Positions 9,245 through 18,368 of a stretch of DNA of 52,593 nucleotides are shown here, piece by piece. Every line of letters starts with the position of its first letter. Position 1 is the first letter of the stretch. The notes beneath the pieces are model-generated. The model made no database searches. It worked only from the letters and a program-made list of their open reading frames with translations, and was not told the DNA's origin. The position numbers and the translations under genes are program-made. Source of the stretch: an uncultured Christensenella sp. (GTDB taxonomy: Bacteria; Bacillota; Clostridia; Christensenellales; Aristaeellaceae); assembly GCA_964584685.1 (NCBI GenBank), contig CAZPBJ010000012.1, positions 1 through 52,593 on the forward strand, given 5' to 3'.

Positions 9245-10138
9245 ATGGCAAAAGAACGGCTGAAAAGGGCGGAAAAACAGAAAAACATCGCGGGCCGCAG
9301 GCATCCCAACCGCTCCCGCGGGGGCGATGCGGCTGTCTACCTGATGCTGGGCATCACGGCCATCGTGATGGCCTACCCCCTGGTTTTCGCCCTTGCCGCT
9401 TCCCTCAAGCCCCTTGATGAGCTGTTCCGCTTCCCGCCCAGGCTGCTGCCAGGCAACCCGACGTTTGACAATTTCTCGGACCTGGTGGTGACGATGGGCC
9501 AGTCCTGGGTGCCATTCGGGCGCTATCTGGGCAACACCGTCCTGATGACTGTCGTGGGCACAGCCGGCCACCTGGTGATCGCGTCGATGGCGGCCTTTGT
9601 GCTGGCGAAATACGATTTCCCCGGCGGCAAGGCTTTCTTCCGCCTGGTGGTGGTCGCGCTGATGTTCAGCGGCTATGTCACCGGCATCCCCAATTATCTG
9701 GTGCTGACCAAACTGGGGCTGGTCGACACCCCCTTGGCGGTCATCCTGCCGGCTTTCGCAGCGCCCATCGGCCTGTTCCTGATGAAGCAGTTCATGGAAG
9801 GCATCCCCATGGCCCTGATTGAGTCGGCCAAGATGGACGGCGCAAGCGAGATGAGGGTGTTTTGGCAGATCGTCATGCCCAATGTCAAGCCGGCATGGCT
9901 GACCTTGATCATCTTTTCCGTCCAGGGCCTTTGGAACAGCAAAGCCTCCACCGTCATTTACTCCGAGGCGAAAAAGACCCTCACCTACGCCCTGGGGCAG
10001 ATCCAGGCCGGCGGCATCGCACGCACAGGCCAGGCAGCCGCCGTCACGGTCATCATGATGCTGGTGCCCATCACGATCTTTATCCTGTCCCAGAACCAGA
10101 TTCTGGAAACAATGGCCTCTTCGGGCATCAAGGAGTAG
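9245..10138 (+). CDS. sugar ABC transporter permease (LplC/MalG-like)
   Basis: 297 aa, EAA loop (ESAKMDGASEMRVFWQIVMP). Starts 2 nt after the upstream stop. Confidence 0.85.
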   Translation: MAKERLKRAEKQKNIAGRRHPNRSRGGDAAVYLMLGITAIVMAYPLVFALAASLKPLDELFRFPPRLLPGNPTFDNFSDLVVTMGQSWVPFGRYLGNTVLMTVVGTAGHLVIASMAAFVLAKYDFPGGKAFFRLVVVALMFSGYVTGIPNYLVLTKLGLVDTPLAVILPAFAAPIGLFLMKQFMEGIPMALIESAKMDGASEMRVFWQIVMPNVKPAWLTLIIFSVQGLWNSKASTVIYSEAKKTLTYALGQIQAGGIARTGQAAAVTVIMMLVPITIFILSQNQILETMASSGIKE

Positions 10139-10142
10139 GGGT

Positions 10143-11660
10143 ATGCGCATCTGGCAGTTAACAGGCCTTCCCCGCGAACGCCGCAAAAGCGCGGCGGCGC
10201 TGCTGGCTGTCCTGCTGATGCTGTTCCCCCACTTGCATGCCGGTGCGCAAATCAGCCATGAATACCAATATACCTACACTTATGACTATTGGGCCAACCT
10301 TCGCCACTCGCCTGACGCCTACCGGGTCGCCTCGGTGCTCTACGGCGCGGACCTGGGGCTTGAAAAACCGCTCAGCAATCCAAGCAGCCTGTTTGTCAAG
10401 GGGGACATGATGTACCTGGTTGACAGCGGCAACAACCGCATCCTGCAGATCAGACAGCATGGCAAAGGTTTTGCCCTGGTTCGCATCATCGAAAGTTTCA
10501 CCGGCGGCCGGGGCCCGCAAAGCTTCGCCTCTCCGTCCGATGTGTTTGTGGCAGAGAATAACGACCTGTTCATTTGCGATACTTTCAACCAGCGCGTTTT
10601 GAAGCTGGATGAAAGCCTGCGCCATCTGCTGACCATTACCAAGCCCCTTGACCAGACATTTGACCAGAAGATTTCTTTCCTGCCCACACGCGTCGTGGCC
10701 GATTCGACCGGCCGTGCTTTTGTGCTGGTCCGCAATGTGAACAAGGGACTGACCAAATTTGAAAGTGACGGCAGGTTCACCGGGTTTGTCGGCGCAATGC
10801 CGGTGAGCTTTTCCCTCTCAGACCAAATCTGGCGACTGCTGTCCACCAGAAGGCAGCGCGAGCAGCAGGCATCCTTTGTGCCTACAGAGTTTGACAATGC
10901 CTATATCGACGGGAAAGGCTTCATCTACTCCGTCACAACGACCTTCTCCGAGTATGACCTGATGTGGGACAAGGCGCGGCCCATCCGCAAGCTGAACGCG
11001 ATAGGGACGGATATCCTGGTCAAAAACGGGGAGTACCCGCCCATCGGCGACCTGGATTGGGGCACTGCTGCGGGATACAGCGGCCCATCGAAGTTTTCGG
11101 ATATCACTGTATTGGACAATGATGTCTACATCGCCCTGGATATCACGCGCGGCCGCCTGTTTGGCTATGACGACCAGGGGCGGAACCTCTGGGCCTTTGG
11201 CGGCTCGGGCAACATGGCGGGATACTTCCGCAATGCCGTCTCCATTGAACACATCAACGATGACCTGCTGGTGCTGGACTCGCTTGAAAACTCGGTCACC
11301 GTATTTGAGCCCACGCAATACGGCAGGTTGATCTACCGGGCGACCGAGCAGTATCAGCGCGGCGAGTACGCTCAGTCGGCTGCCAGCTGGGGCGAGGTGC
11401 TGCGCCAAAATGGCAACTTTGAGCTGGCCTATGTCGGCATCGGGCGCGCGCTGCTGAGGAATGGCCAATATGAAGACGCCATGCGCTATTTCAAACTGGC
11501 CAACGATGAAAAGAATTACTCCAAGGCATTCCAGGAATACCGGAAAACCTGGGTGGAAGAGAACATCATTTGGATGTTTGCGGCCTTGTTTGTCCTGCTG
11601 GCCCTGCCGCTTGCCGCGGGGAAGATCAAGCGGATCAGAAAGGAGCTGGCACAGGGATGA
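10143..11660 (+). CDS. secreted NHL-repeat beta-propeller protein with C-terminal TM anchor
   Basis: Signal peptide (AALLAVLLMLFPHLHAGAQ). NHL motifs (LVDSGNNRILQI; ICDTFNQRVLKLD). TPR-like C-terminal region, then a hydrophobic helix (IIWMFAALFVLLALPLAAG) and a basic tail. AAGGAG SD. Confidence 0.75.
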   Translation: MRIWQLTGLPRERRKSAAALLAVLLMLFPHLHAGAQISHEYQYTYTYDYWANLRHSPDAYRVASVLYGADLGLEKPLSNPSSLFVKGDMMYLVDSGNNRILQIRQHGKGFALVRIIESFTGGRGPQSFASPSDVFVAENNDLFICDTFNQRVLKLDESLRHLLTITKPLDQTFDQKISFLPTRVVADSTGRAFVLVRNVNKGLTKFESDGRFTGFVGAMPVSFSLSDQIWRLLSTRRQREQQASFVPTEFDNAYIDGKGFIYSVTTTFSEYDLMWDKARPIRKLNAIGTDILVKNGEYPPIGDLDWGTAAGYSGPSKFSDITVLDNDVYIALDITRGRLFGYDDQGRNLWAFGGSGNMAGYFRNAVSIEHINDDLLVLDSLENSVTVFEPTQYGRLIYRATEQYQRGEYAQSAASWGEVLRQNGNFELAYVGIGRALLRNGQYEDAMRYFKLANDEKNYSKAFQEYRKTWVEENIIWMFAALFVLLALPLAAGKIKRIRKELAQG

Positions 11661-12340
11661 GCGGATACACGCAGCCAAAGCTCCGGGCCGGCCTGTTCAG
11701 CCGCGGCCGGCTTCACCGTTTCCTGGAGACGCTCAGGTACGCGCTTCATGTGATCGTCCATCCCTTTGACGGGTTTTGGGATCTGTCGCGCGAGCGCCGC
11801 GGCAGCATGCAGGCGGCCAATTTCATTGTCTTCATGGTGCTGCTGACACGCGTTTTGCGGCTGCAGTACACCTCTTTCCTCTTTTTACGGGTCAACTGGG
11901 CCAGGGTGAATGTCTTCAACGAGTTCTTCTCCATCCTGCTTCCCATCGCGATATGGTGCCTTGCCAACTGGAGCCTGACCACCCTGTTTGAAGGCAAGGG
12001 GCGCATGCGCGACATCTACATGGGCACAGCGTACGCGCTGACGCCCTATGTGCTCATCCAGCTTCCCCTGATATTGCTCAGCAATGCCGTCACGGTGGAA
12101 GAAGGCGCGTTTTACGGCGTCCTGTCGGGCATATCCCTGCTGTGGTGCGGGCTGCTTGTGGTATTTGCCATGATGATGATCCACGATTACTCCCTTGGCA
12201 AGACGCTGGCCTTCATGGTGATGTCCCTTTTTGGCATGCTGGTCATCATCTTTGTGATGCTGATGTTCTTCTCCCTCATCAGCGACGGCGTCGCTTACTT
12301 CATCTCGCTTTACAAGGAACTGAGTTTCAGGCTGTATTAG
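11657..12340 (+). CDS. Yip1-family integral membrane protein
   Basis: 228 aa, 5 predicted TM helices, Yip1-like topology. The ATG overlaps the NHL gene stop (ATGA). The ORF-track upstream extension is discarded. Confidence 0.7.
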   Translation: MSGYTQPKLRAGLFSRGRLHRFLETLRYALHVIVHPFDGFWDLSRERRGSMQAANFIVFMVLLTRVLRLQYTSFLFLRVNWARVNVFNEFFSILLPIAIWCLANWSLTTLFEGKGRMRDIYMGTAYALTPYVLIQLPLILLSNAVTVEEGAFYGVLSGISLLWCGLLVVFAMMMIHDYSLGKTLAFMVMSLFGMLVIIFVMLMFFSLISDGVAYFISLYKELSFRLY

Positions 12341-12348
12341 GAGGCCGT

Positions 12349-14922
12349 GTGAGAAAAGATCCCCCCCGACTGAGTATCCTGCGCGCGCTGATCTTCCTGC
12401 TGATCGCAGGCGGCATCGCGCTGCTGGTTTGGGCGCTTTACGGGCAGGGGGAGGACTTGCGGGAACAGACGGACATCATGCCCCATTTCTACAATGGAAA
12501 GGGCCTTACCCATACGCTTGAGAACAGCTGGCTGCGCTTCGACCTTGACGGGGATACGACCCAGTTCACCGTGACCGCAAAAGCGGACGGGCATATATGG
12601 CGCTCAGTGCCCCAAGGCGCAGCCACGGATCCCCTGGCCCTGGCGGGTACCAAGAACCTGCTGCAGTCAACGCTGGCGCTCACCTACTCAACCGACAACG
12701 GCGTGCGCACGCTGTATGACAGCTATGAGTATTCCATCAAAAACCAGGTGTATGAGATCCTGGCGGATGAGGAGCAGATCAAGGTCAGCTATACACTGGG
12801 GCAGGTCCAGCGCGCATACATCATCCCCGGCGCCATCAGCCTGGAGCGCATGGACGGCTTCCTGAGCACTTTGACCAAGGCGCAGGGTCGCAAGATCCTC
12901 GACTCCTACCGCAAGTACGACCCCGCGAAACTCTCGGACAGTCAAAAAGCGGAACTGCTCCCGCTCTTCCCTATGCTCGAAAACGGCGTGATCTACGTCC
13001 TGCGCGACAATGTCAAGGAATTCCTCAAAGGAGAGTTTGAGGCGCTGTTGAAAGAAGCCGGTTACACTTATGACGACTACCTGTCAGACCAGGCGGCAGG
13101 CAGCGCGAGCCTTGGCGACCGGGGGGCCGTTTTCAGCCTGAGCGTCATCTACAGCTTGGAGGGCAAAGACCTGATCGTTAAGGTGCCCATGGATGAGATC
13201 GGCTACATGCAGGAGTATCCGCCGGTCAGGCTGAACCTGCTGCCCAACTTCGGCGCGGGCGGCGAAAAGGACGAAGGCTATATCCTCGTGCCCGAGGGCG
13301 GCGGCGGCATCATTGATTTCAACAACGGAAAAATCACCCAGAACAGCTATTTCGCCAACATCTACGGCTGGGACTACGCCAGTTGGCGCACAGCCCTGGT
13401 CCATGAAACCAACGCCCGCTTCCCGGTCTTTGGCATGGTGAACAACGACAGCGCCTTCCTGTGCATTTTGGAGGAACTGTCAAGCAGCGCCTCCCTGGCC
13501 GGGGACATCAGCGGGCGCTCCAACAGCTTCAATACCGCCAGCGCCAGCTATGCGCTGCTTCATTCGGATGCTTTCAACGTCACGGACAGGACCATCGAAA
13601 CCATCTATATGTATGAGCAGGCCCTGCCCAAAGGCGCGATCGTTCAGCGCTACCGCTTCCTGCCAACGGACGACTATGTTGAACTGGCAAAAGCCTACAG
13701 GGAATATTTGCAGGAACGTTACCCGGGGCTTAAGCCGCTTGATGACAAAAAGGTTCCGGTATCCGTCGAGATCCTCGGGGCCATCGACAAGGTGCAGCAA
13801 AAAGGCGGCCTGCCGGTCTCCTCCCCTATCCGGCTGACAAGCTACCCTCAGGCGGCTGAGATGGTCAAGGCCATAGCCGGCTGGACCGACAGCCAATTGC
13901 ATGTCCGCCTGTCCGGCTGGATGAACGGCGGCGTGAAGCAGAAGATCCTGCAAAACGCGAAACCGCTGGGCCAGCTGGGCGGCGAGGCGGCCCTAGACGC
14001 CCTGATCAAAGAAGTTAAGCAAAGCGGCGCGCTGCCTTACTTGAACGGCATCACCGCCTTTGCCCTGGACAGCGGTCCCCTTGACGGCTTCGTCAGCCTG
14101 CGCGACGCGGCGCGCTTCACGACGCGCGAGCAGGTCAAGCTGTATCAATATTCCAACATCTGGTATGGCGTGCTGGACATGCGCGAGCCCTACTACCTGC
14201 TGAAGCCCGCCATGGCGCGGCAGATGACCGCGAACCTTGCGCGAAGCGCCCTCAGCCGCGGGGCGTCCGGTGTCGCCTTTGAGGACCTGGGCAGGCTGCT
14301 GAGCGCCGACTACAACCCAAAGGAAACGGTAACGCGCGAAGAGGTCCTCCTGATGCAAAGGGAGGATGCCAGCCGCCTGAGGGCGGACGGCCTGGGGGTC
14401 ATGGTCCGCGGCGGAAACCTTTACGCGCTGGAATTTGCGGATATCGTCACGGATACCGACCTGGAAGGGGTCCGCTACGCTGTCTTTGACGACAACGTGC
14501 CCTTTGTCCAGATCGCCCTGCACGGGCTGGTCAGGTACACAGGCAAACCCCTCAACCTGGCAAACGATTGGGAACAGGAACTGCTGCTGAGCGCCCAGCG
14601 CGGTGCAGGCCTCTCCTTTGTCTTCATGAAGGAAGAGCCCCTCGCGCTGCATGACACGGATTATCCCATGTACTACGGCGCCTCCTTTGACCTGTGGGAA
14701 CAGGACGCGCAGCGCATCCTCAGGGAATACAAGGAGAAGCTCGGCGGTGTTTTCGGCCAGGCCATTACGTCGTTCAAACGCCTGCCCGGCAGCCTGTCGG
14801 TGACCGGCTACGAGGACGGCACCCGTGTTATCGTGAACTTCAGCCATGAGGCACGGGAACTGGACGGTCTTGTTATTGACGCGAGAAGCTACGGCGTCAT
14901 CAAAGGGGAGGTGAGCAGATGA
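12349..14922 (+). CDS. membrane-anchored large extracellular protein (DUF5696-like, recalled association with Yip1 genes)
   Basis: 857 aa from GTG 12349 (GGAGG 4 nt upstream). N-terminal TM anchor (ILRALIFLLIAGGIALLVWALY) with the rest extracellular. Family assignment is from memory of the conserved Yip1/DUF5696/ABC-permease neighbourhood and needs an HMM check. Confidence 0.6.
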   Translation: MRKDPPRLSILRALIFLLIAGGIALLVWALYGQGEDLREQTDIMPHFYNGKGLTHTLENSWLRFDLDGDTTQFTVTAKADGHIWRSVPQGAATDPLALAGTKNLLQSTLALTYSTDNGVRTLYDSYEYSIKNQVYEILADEEQIKVSYTLGQVQRAYIIPGAISLERMDGFLSTLTKAQGRKILDSYRKYDPAKLSDSQKAELLPLFPMLENGVIYVLRDNVKEFLKGEFEALLKEAGYTYDDYLSDQAAGSASLGDRGAVFSLSVIYSLEGKDLIVKVPMDEIGYMQEYPPVRLNLLPNFGAGGEKDEGYILVPEGGGGIIDFNNGKITQNSYFANIYGWDYASWRTALVHETNARFPVFGMVNNDSAFLCILEELSSSASLAGDISGRSNSFNTASASYALLHSDAFNVTDRTIETIYMYEQALPKGAIVQRYRFLPTDDYVELAKAYREYLQERYPGLKPLDDKKVPVSVEILGAIDKVQQKGGLPVSSPIRLTSYPQAAEMVKAIAGWTDSQLHVRLSGWMNGGVKQKILQNAKPLGQLGGEAALDALIKEVKQSGALPYLNGITAFALDSGPLDGFVSLRDAARFTTREQVKLYQYSNIWYGVLDMREPYYLLKPAMARQMTANLARSALSRGASGVAFEDLGRLLSADYNPKETVTREEVLLMQREDASRLRADGLGVMVRGGNLYALEFADIVTDTDLEGVRYAVFDDNVPFVQIALHGLVRYTGKPLNLANDWEQELLLSAQRGAGLSFVFMKEEPLALHDTDYPMYYGASFDLWEQDAQRILREYKEKLGGVFGQAITSFKRLPGSLSVTGYEDGTRVIVNFSHEARELDGLVIDARSYGVIKGEVSR

Positions 14923-15827
14923 AAATGGCAGGGATACAGCCAAGGACCATCCGCTCACGCAGGGCTCTGTCTGGTTATCTGTTCATATCCCCGTTCATCA
15001 TCGGCTTCCTGGCTTTCATGATCCGCCCGCTGATCCAATCCGTCATCATGAGCTTGAGCGAGGTCAGCCTCAGCGCGCAAAGCGGCGTCAGCCAGAGCTA
15101 TGTGGGGCTGGCCAATTACATCTACGCCTTTACGGTAGACCCGGAATTCAACCAGATGCTGGTGGATGAAATCGTCAGGATGGTCACCCATTCCCTGGCC
15201 ACGATGGTGCTGGCCTTCATGATCGCGCTGCTGCTCAACCAGAAGTTCAAGGGGCGCTTCCTTGCCCGCGCCATTTTCTTCCTGCCGGTCATCCTGTCGT
15301 CGGGCGTCCTGGTGGGCATCGAGACCAACAACTCACTCATTATCGGGATGAAAGACCTTATCGCCGAGTCCAACAGCTTCAACATCGGCAACACGCTGAT
15401 GTCCCTGCTGAGCGCGTCGGGCCTCGCCCTGTCTGCGCTGGACATCGTGTATGAGCTCATCGCCGCCGTTTACGACATCGTGATGGCGTCGGGCATCCAG
15501 ATCGTCGTCTTCCTCTCCGGCCTGCAGACTGTGCCCAGGAGCATGTATGAAGCCGCCGAAGTGGAAGGCTCCTCCGCCTGGGAGAGCTTCTGGATGATCA
15601 CCTTTCCGATCATCAGCCCCCTGCTGATCGTCAACATGATCTACACCATCATCGATTTCTTCATGAAAACCGATAACCTGATCATGGAGAAGATCCACGA
15701 GGAGATGTTCATCAACCTCAATTACGGCCTGAGCTCCGCCCTGTCGTGGATCTACTTCGCAGTCGCCATCGCCATGATAGGCATCAGTTCCCTCATCATC
15801 TACAGGGGGGTCAAACGCTATGAGTAG
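14919..15827 (+). CDS. sugar ABC transporter permease (divergent MalF-like)
   Basis: 302 aa multi-TM. The ATG overlaps the upstream stop. GGGGAGGTG SD. Confidence 0.8.
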   Translation: MKMAGIQPRTIRSRRALSGYLFISPFIIGFLAFMIRPLIQSVIMSLSEVSLSAQSGVSQSYVGLANYIYAFTVDPEFNQMLVDEIVRMVTHSLATMVLAFMIALLLNQKFKGRFLARAIFFLPVILSSGVLVGIETNNSLIIGMKDLIAESNSFNIGNTLMSLLSASGLALSALDIVYELIAAVYDIVMASGIQIVVFLSGLQTVPRSMYEAAEVEGSSAWESFWMITFPIISPLLIVNMIYTIIDFFMKTDNLIMEKIHEEMFINLNYGLSSALSWIYFAVAIAMIGISSLIIYRGVKRYE

Positions 15828-16827
15828 GATGGACCCGGCCCCCGCAAGAAGCGGCTTTTGGTACCGCAACAGTAAATCCGGCGGGATGCTGCTACGCCAG
15901 AGCATCCGCCGCAAGTCAGGCGGCATCCTGCGCGCGCTGATGCTCTTTGGCCTGTGCTTTTTGATCATCCAGCCGATACTTGACAAGATTTCCGTCAGCT
16001 TTATGCAGGAGCGCGACCTGTATGACACGACCATCATCGTCGTCCCCAGAAATCTGATGCTGGACAACTACCGCCTGGCCTCCCTGCTGATGAACATCGA
16101 CACGTCGCTGCTCAACACAACGCTCATGTCGCTGCTGACCTCCATTTTGCAGATCATCGCCTGCACGCTGGTGGGATACGGCTTCGCGCGCTTTGAATTC
16201 CCGCTCAAAAAGTTCTGGTTTGCCTGCGTCATCCTGGTGATCGTCATCCCGCCGCAGACCATATCGTCCGCGCTTTACCTGCACTTCAGGTATTTTGACA
16301 TAGCGGGGATTTTCAGGAGCCTCACAGGCAGCCCCATCAACCTCAAGGGGTCTTCGCTGCCCTATCTGATGCTTTGCGCGACCTGCATGGGGCTGAAGAA
16401 CGGGCTGTACATCTTCATGATCCGGCAGTACTTCCATTCCATCCCCCAATCCCTCGAGGAAGCCGCCTATGTGGACGGCTGCTCAACACTCGGCACCTTC
16501 CTGCGCGTGCTGCTGCCCCAGGCTGTCCCCATCCTGGTGAGCTGCTTCCTGTTTTCCTTCGTATGGCAGTGGACGGACGTATTTTATACCCGGCTGTTCC
16601 TGCCCACAGCCAACGTGATGTACCTCTCCGTGCGAATATCGGGCCTGGCCGAAAGCCTGAGGACTTACCTGTCCACCCGTCTGGGGATCACCTCCCCGCC
16701 GGTGGGCTATGTGATGCAGATGATATCAACCGGCGTGCTGATCGTATCCGCGCCGCTCATCCTGATCTACATATTCGCGCAGCGCTGGTTCATCGAGACC
16801 ATCAGCTCAACCGGGCTGAGGGAATAA
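15820..16827 (+). CDS. carbohydrate ABC transporter permease (MalG-like)
   Basis: 335 aa, EAA loop (EEAAYVDGCSTLGTFLRVLLP). Overlaps the upstream gene by 8 nt. Confidence 0.8.
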   Translation: MSRMDPAPARSGFWYRNSKSGGMLLRQSIRRKSGGILRALMLFGLCFLIIQPILDKISVSFMQERDLYDTTIIVVPRNLMLDNYRLASLLMNIDTSLLNTTLMSLLTSILQIIACTLVGYGFARFEFPLKKFWFACVILVIVIPPQTISSALYLHFRYFDIAGIFRSLTGSPINLKGSSLPYLMLCATCMGLKNGLYIFMIRQYFHSIPQSLEEAAYVDGCSTLGTFLRVLLPQAVPILVSCFLFSFVWQWTDVFYTRLFLPTANVMYLSVRISGLAESLRTYLSTRLGITSPPVGYVMQMISTGVLIVSAPLILIYIFAQRWFIETISSTGLRE

Positions 16828-16903
16828 GCCAAAGTCGGTATTACCCCGGATCCCCTAAAGGGAGCGGGTGATATAGGTCAAAACAACAGAAGGAGGAACC
16901 GGT

Positions 16904-18280
16904 ATGAAAAGGACCCTGTTACTGGTGCTGGCGCTTATGATGGCGCTGAGCGGACTTGCTGCCCTGGCTGAGACGCATGAGTTCAGCTATGGCGAGTCTA
17001 TCGAGATCCGAACCGGCGAAGACGGGAAGCCCATCGACTTGGGCGGTATGGAAATCATCATCGGCGACTGGTGGAGCGGCGAGCCCGCGCCTCCCGCGAC
17101 CGCTGCTGAGGAAGCTACGCTGGAATATCAGCAGTGGATCCAGGAAGCCTACAACTTTAAGATCAAGCAGGTCGCGGTAAGCGGCTGGGCGGACAACCCC
17201 GACTTCTTCACCAACTACGTCACAACCGGCGGACCCGAGAACTATGTGTTTATCATGCGCCCCGACGTCGTTGCGACCCCGATGGTCAACGGGCTGTTCT
17301 ATGATCTGGCAACCCTCAAGGCGCTTGATTTCACCAAAGAAAAGTGGAACAAGAGCGTACTGGAAGTCATGTCCCGCGACGGGGGCATCTTTGGCATGCG
17401 CCCCATCGCCAGCGAACCGCGCGACGGCATCTGGTTCAACAAAAGGCTGCTGGAGGAGGCGGGCATTGACCCGGAAAGCCTCTACGACATGCAGCGCGAC
17501 GGCACCTGGACCTGGCAGGCGTTTGAGGACATCTGCGCCAAGATCACCAGGGACACGGACAATGACGGCGTGATCAATGTCTACGCGACAGCCAGCCAGC
17601 AAGGCGGCGTGTACAACTGCGCGCTGGCGACCAACAACGCCGCTTTCGTCAAGAAGGATGAAAACGGCAAGCTCTACGACGCAAGCTCTGAGGACGCCTT
17701 CCTGGAAGCGGCCAACTGGGTCGTCAAAATGTCCACCACTTATGAGATGCCGCAGCCCGAAGGCGCCAACTGGGACTGGACCTTTGCCGCCTTCATCAAC
17801 GGCGATGTCGCCATGACGGTCCATCAGGACTATTTCAAGAGCACCCTGCAAAGCAGCATGAAGGATCCCTACGGCTTTGTCATGTTCCCGGTCGGCCCCA
17901 AAGGTGACGGCTACAAGACAGTATACTCCGACAACACTTACGTCATCCCCGCCAACTATGAGGCGGACCGCGCCGAGAAGATCGCCTTTGCCTTTGACCT
18001 CTACACCGACCCGACACCGGGCTATGATGACCCGGAAGTCTGGAAGTCCAGCTACTACAACTTCTTCTCCGACGCCCGCGCGGTGGATGAAACCATCGAC
18101 ATGATGCGTAAAAACGAGTATGGCGTCACTTTCCTCTCCAACATGGTGCCCGGCTATGACCTGGGCCCGCAGTTCTATTGGAACACCTACGGCCGCGGCG
18201 GCTGGAAAACAGTCAGCGATCAGATTGAGGAATCCAAGAACGTCTGGCAGGCAGCCCTGGACGCTGTCAACAACAAGTAA
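16904..18280 (+). CDS. extracellular solute-binding protein (ABC importer)
   Basis: 458 aa, signal peptide MKRTLLLVLALMMALSGLAALA, near-perfect SD GAAGGAGGAA. Family-1 SBP-like. Confidence 0.85.
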   Translation: MKRTLLLVLALMMALSGLAALAETHEFSYGESIEIRTGEDGKPIDLGGMEIIIGDWWSGEPAPPATAAEEATLEYQQWIQEAYNFKIKQVAVSGWADNPDFFTNYVTTGGPENYVFIMRPDVVATPMVNGLFYDLATLKALDFTKEKWNKSVLEVMSRDGGIFGMRPIASEPRDGIWFNKRLLEEAGIDPESLYDMQRDGTWTWQAFEDICAKITRDTDNDGVINVYATASQQGGVYNCALATNNAAFVKKDENGKLYDASSEDAFLEAANWVVKMSTTYEMPQPEGANWDWTFAAFINGDVAMTVHQDYFKSTLQSSMKDPYGFVMFPVGPKGDGYKTVYSDNTYVIPANYEADRAEKIAFAFDLYTDPTPGYDDPEVWKSSYYNFFSDARAVDETIDMMRKNEYGVTFLSNMVPGYDLGPQFYWNTYGRGGWKTVSDQIEESKNVWQAALDAVNNK

Positions 18281-18306
18281 GAAGCAAATCAGGGAATCAT
18301 CTATCG

Positions 18307-18335
18307 GTGGGATGGGGCACAGCCCCATCCCACCC
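18307..18335 (+). terminator. strong GC hairpin (13-bp perfect stem, 3-nt loop) between the SBP gene and the GH5 gene; possible attenuator/mRNA stabiliser
   Basis: GGTGGGATGGGGC-ACA-GCCCCATCCCACC. No downstream U-run, so not a canonical intrinsic terminator. Confidence 0.35.
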
Positions 18336-18368
18336 TGAACCTTCGGCAGGCGCCGCTGAGGAACGAAG

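Noticed and set aside
9185-10186. 333-aa minus-strand ORF antisense to the permease genes
   Set aside because: Low-complexity Gly/Asp/His/Arg-rich translation with no start context. It lies fully inside well-supported plus-strand permease genes and is a typical high-GC antisense artefact.
12142-12348. Upstream extension of the DUF5696-like ORF overlapping the Yip1 gene
   Set aside because: It would need a 200-nt overlap with Yip1 in another frame. GTG 12349 has an SD and yields an N-terminal TM anchor.
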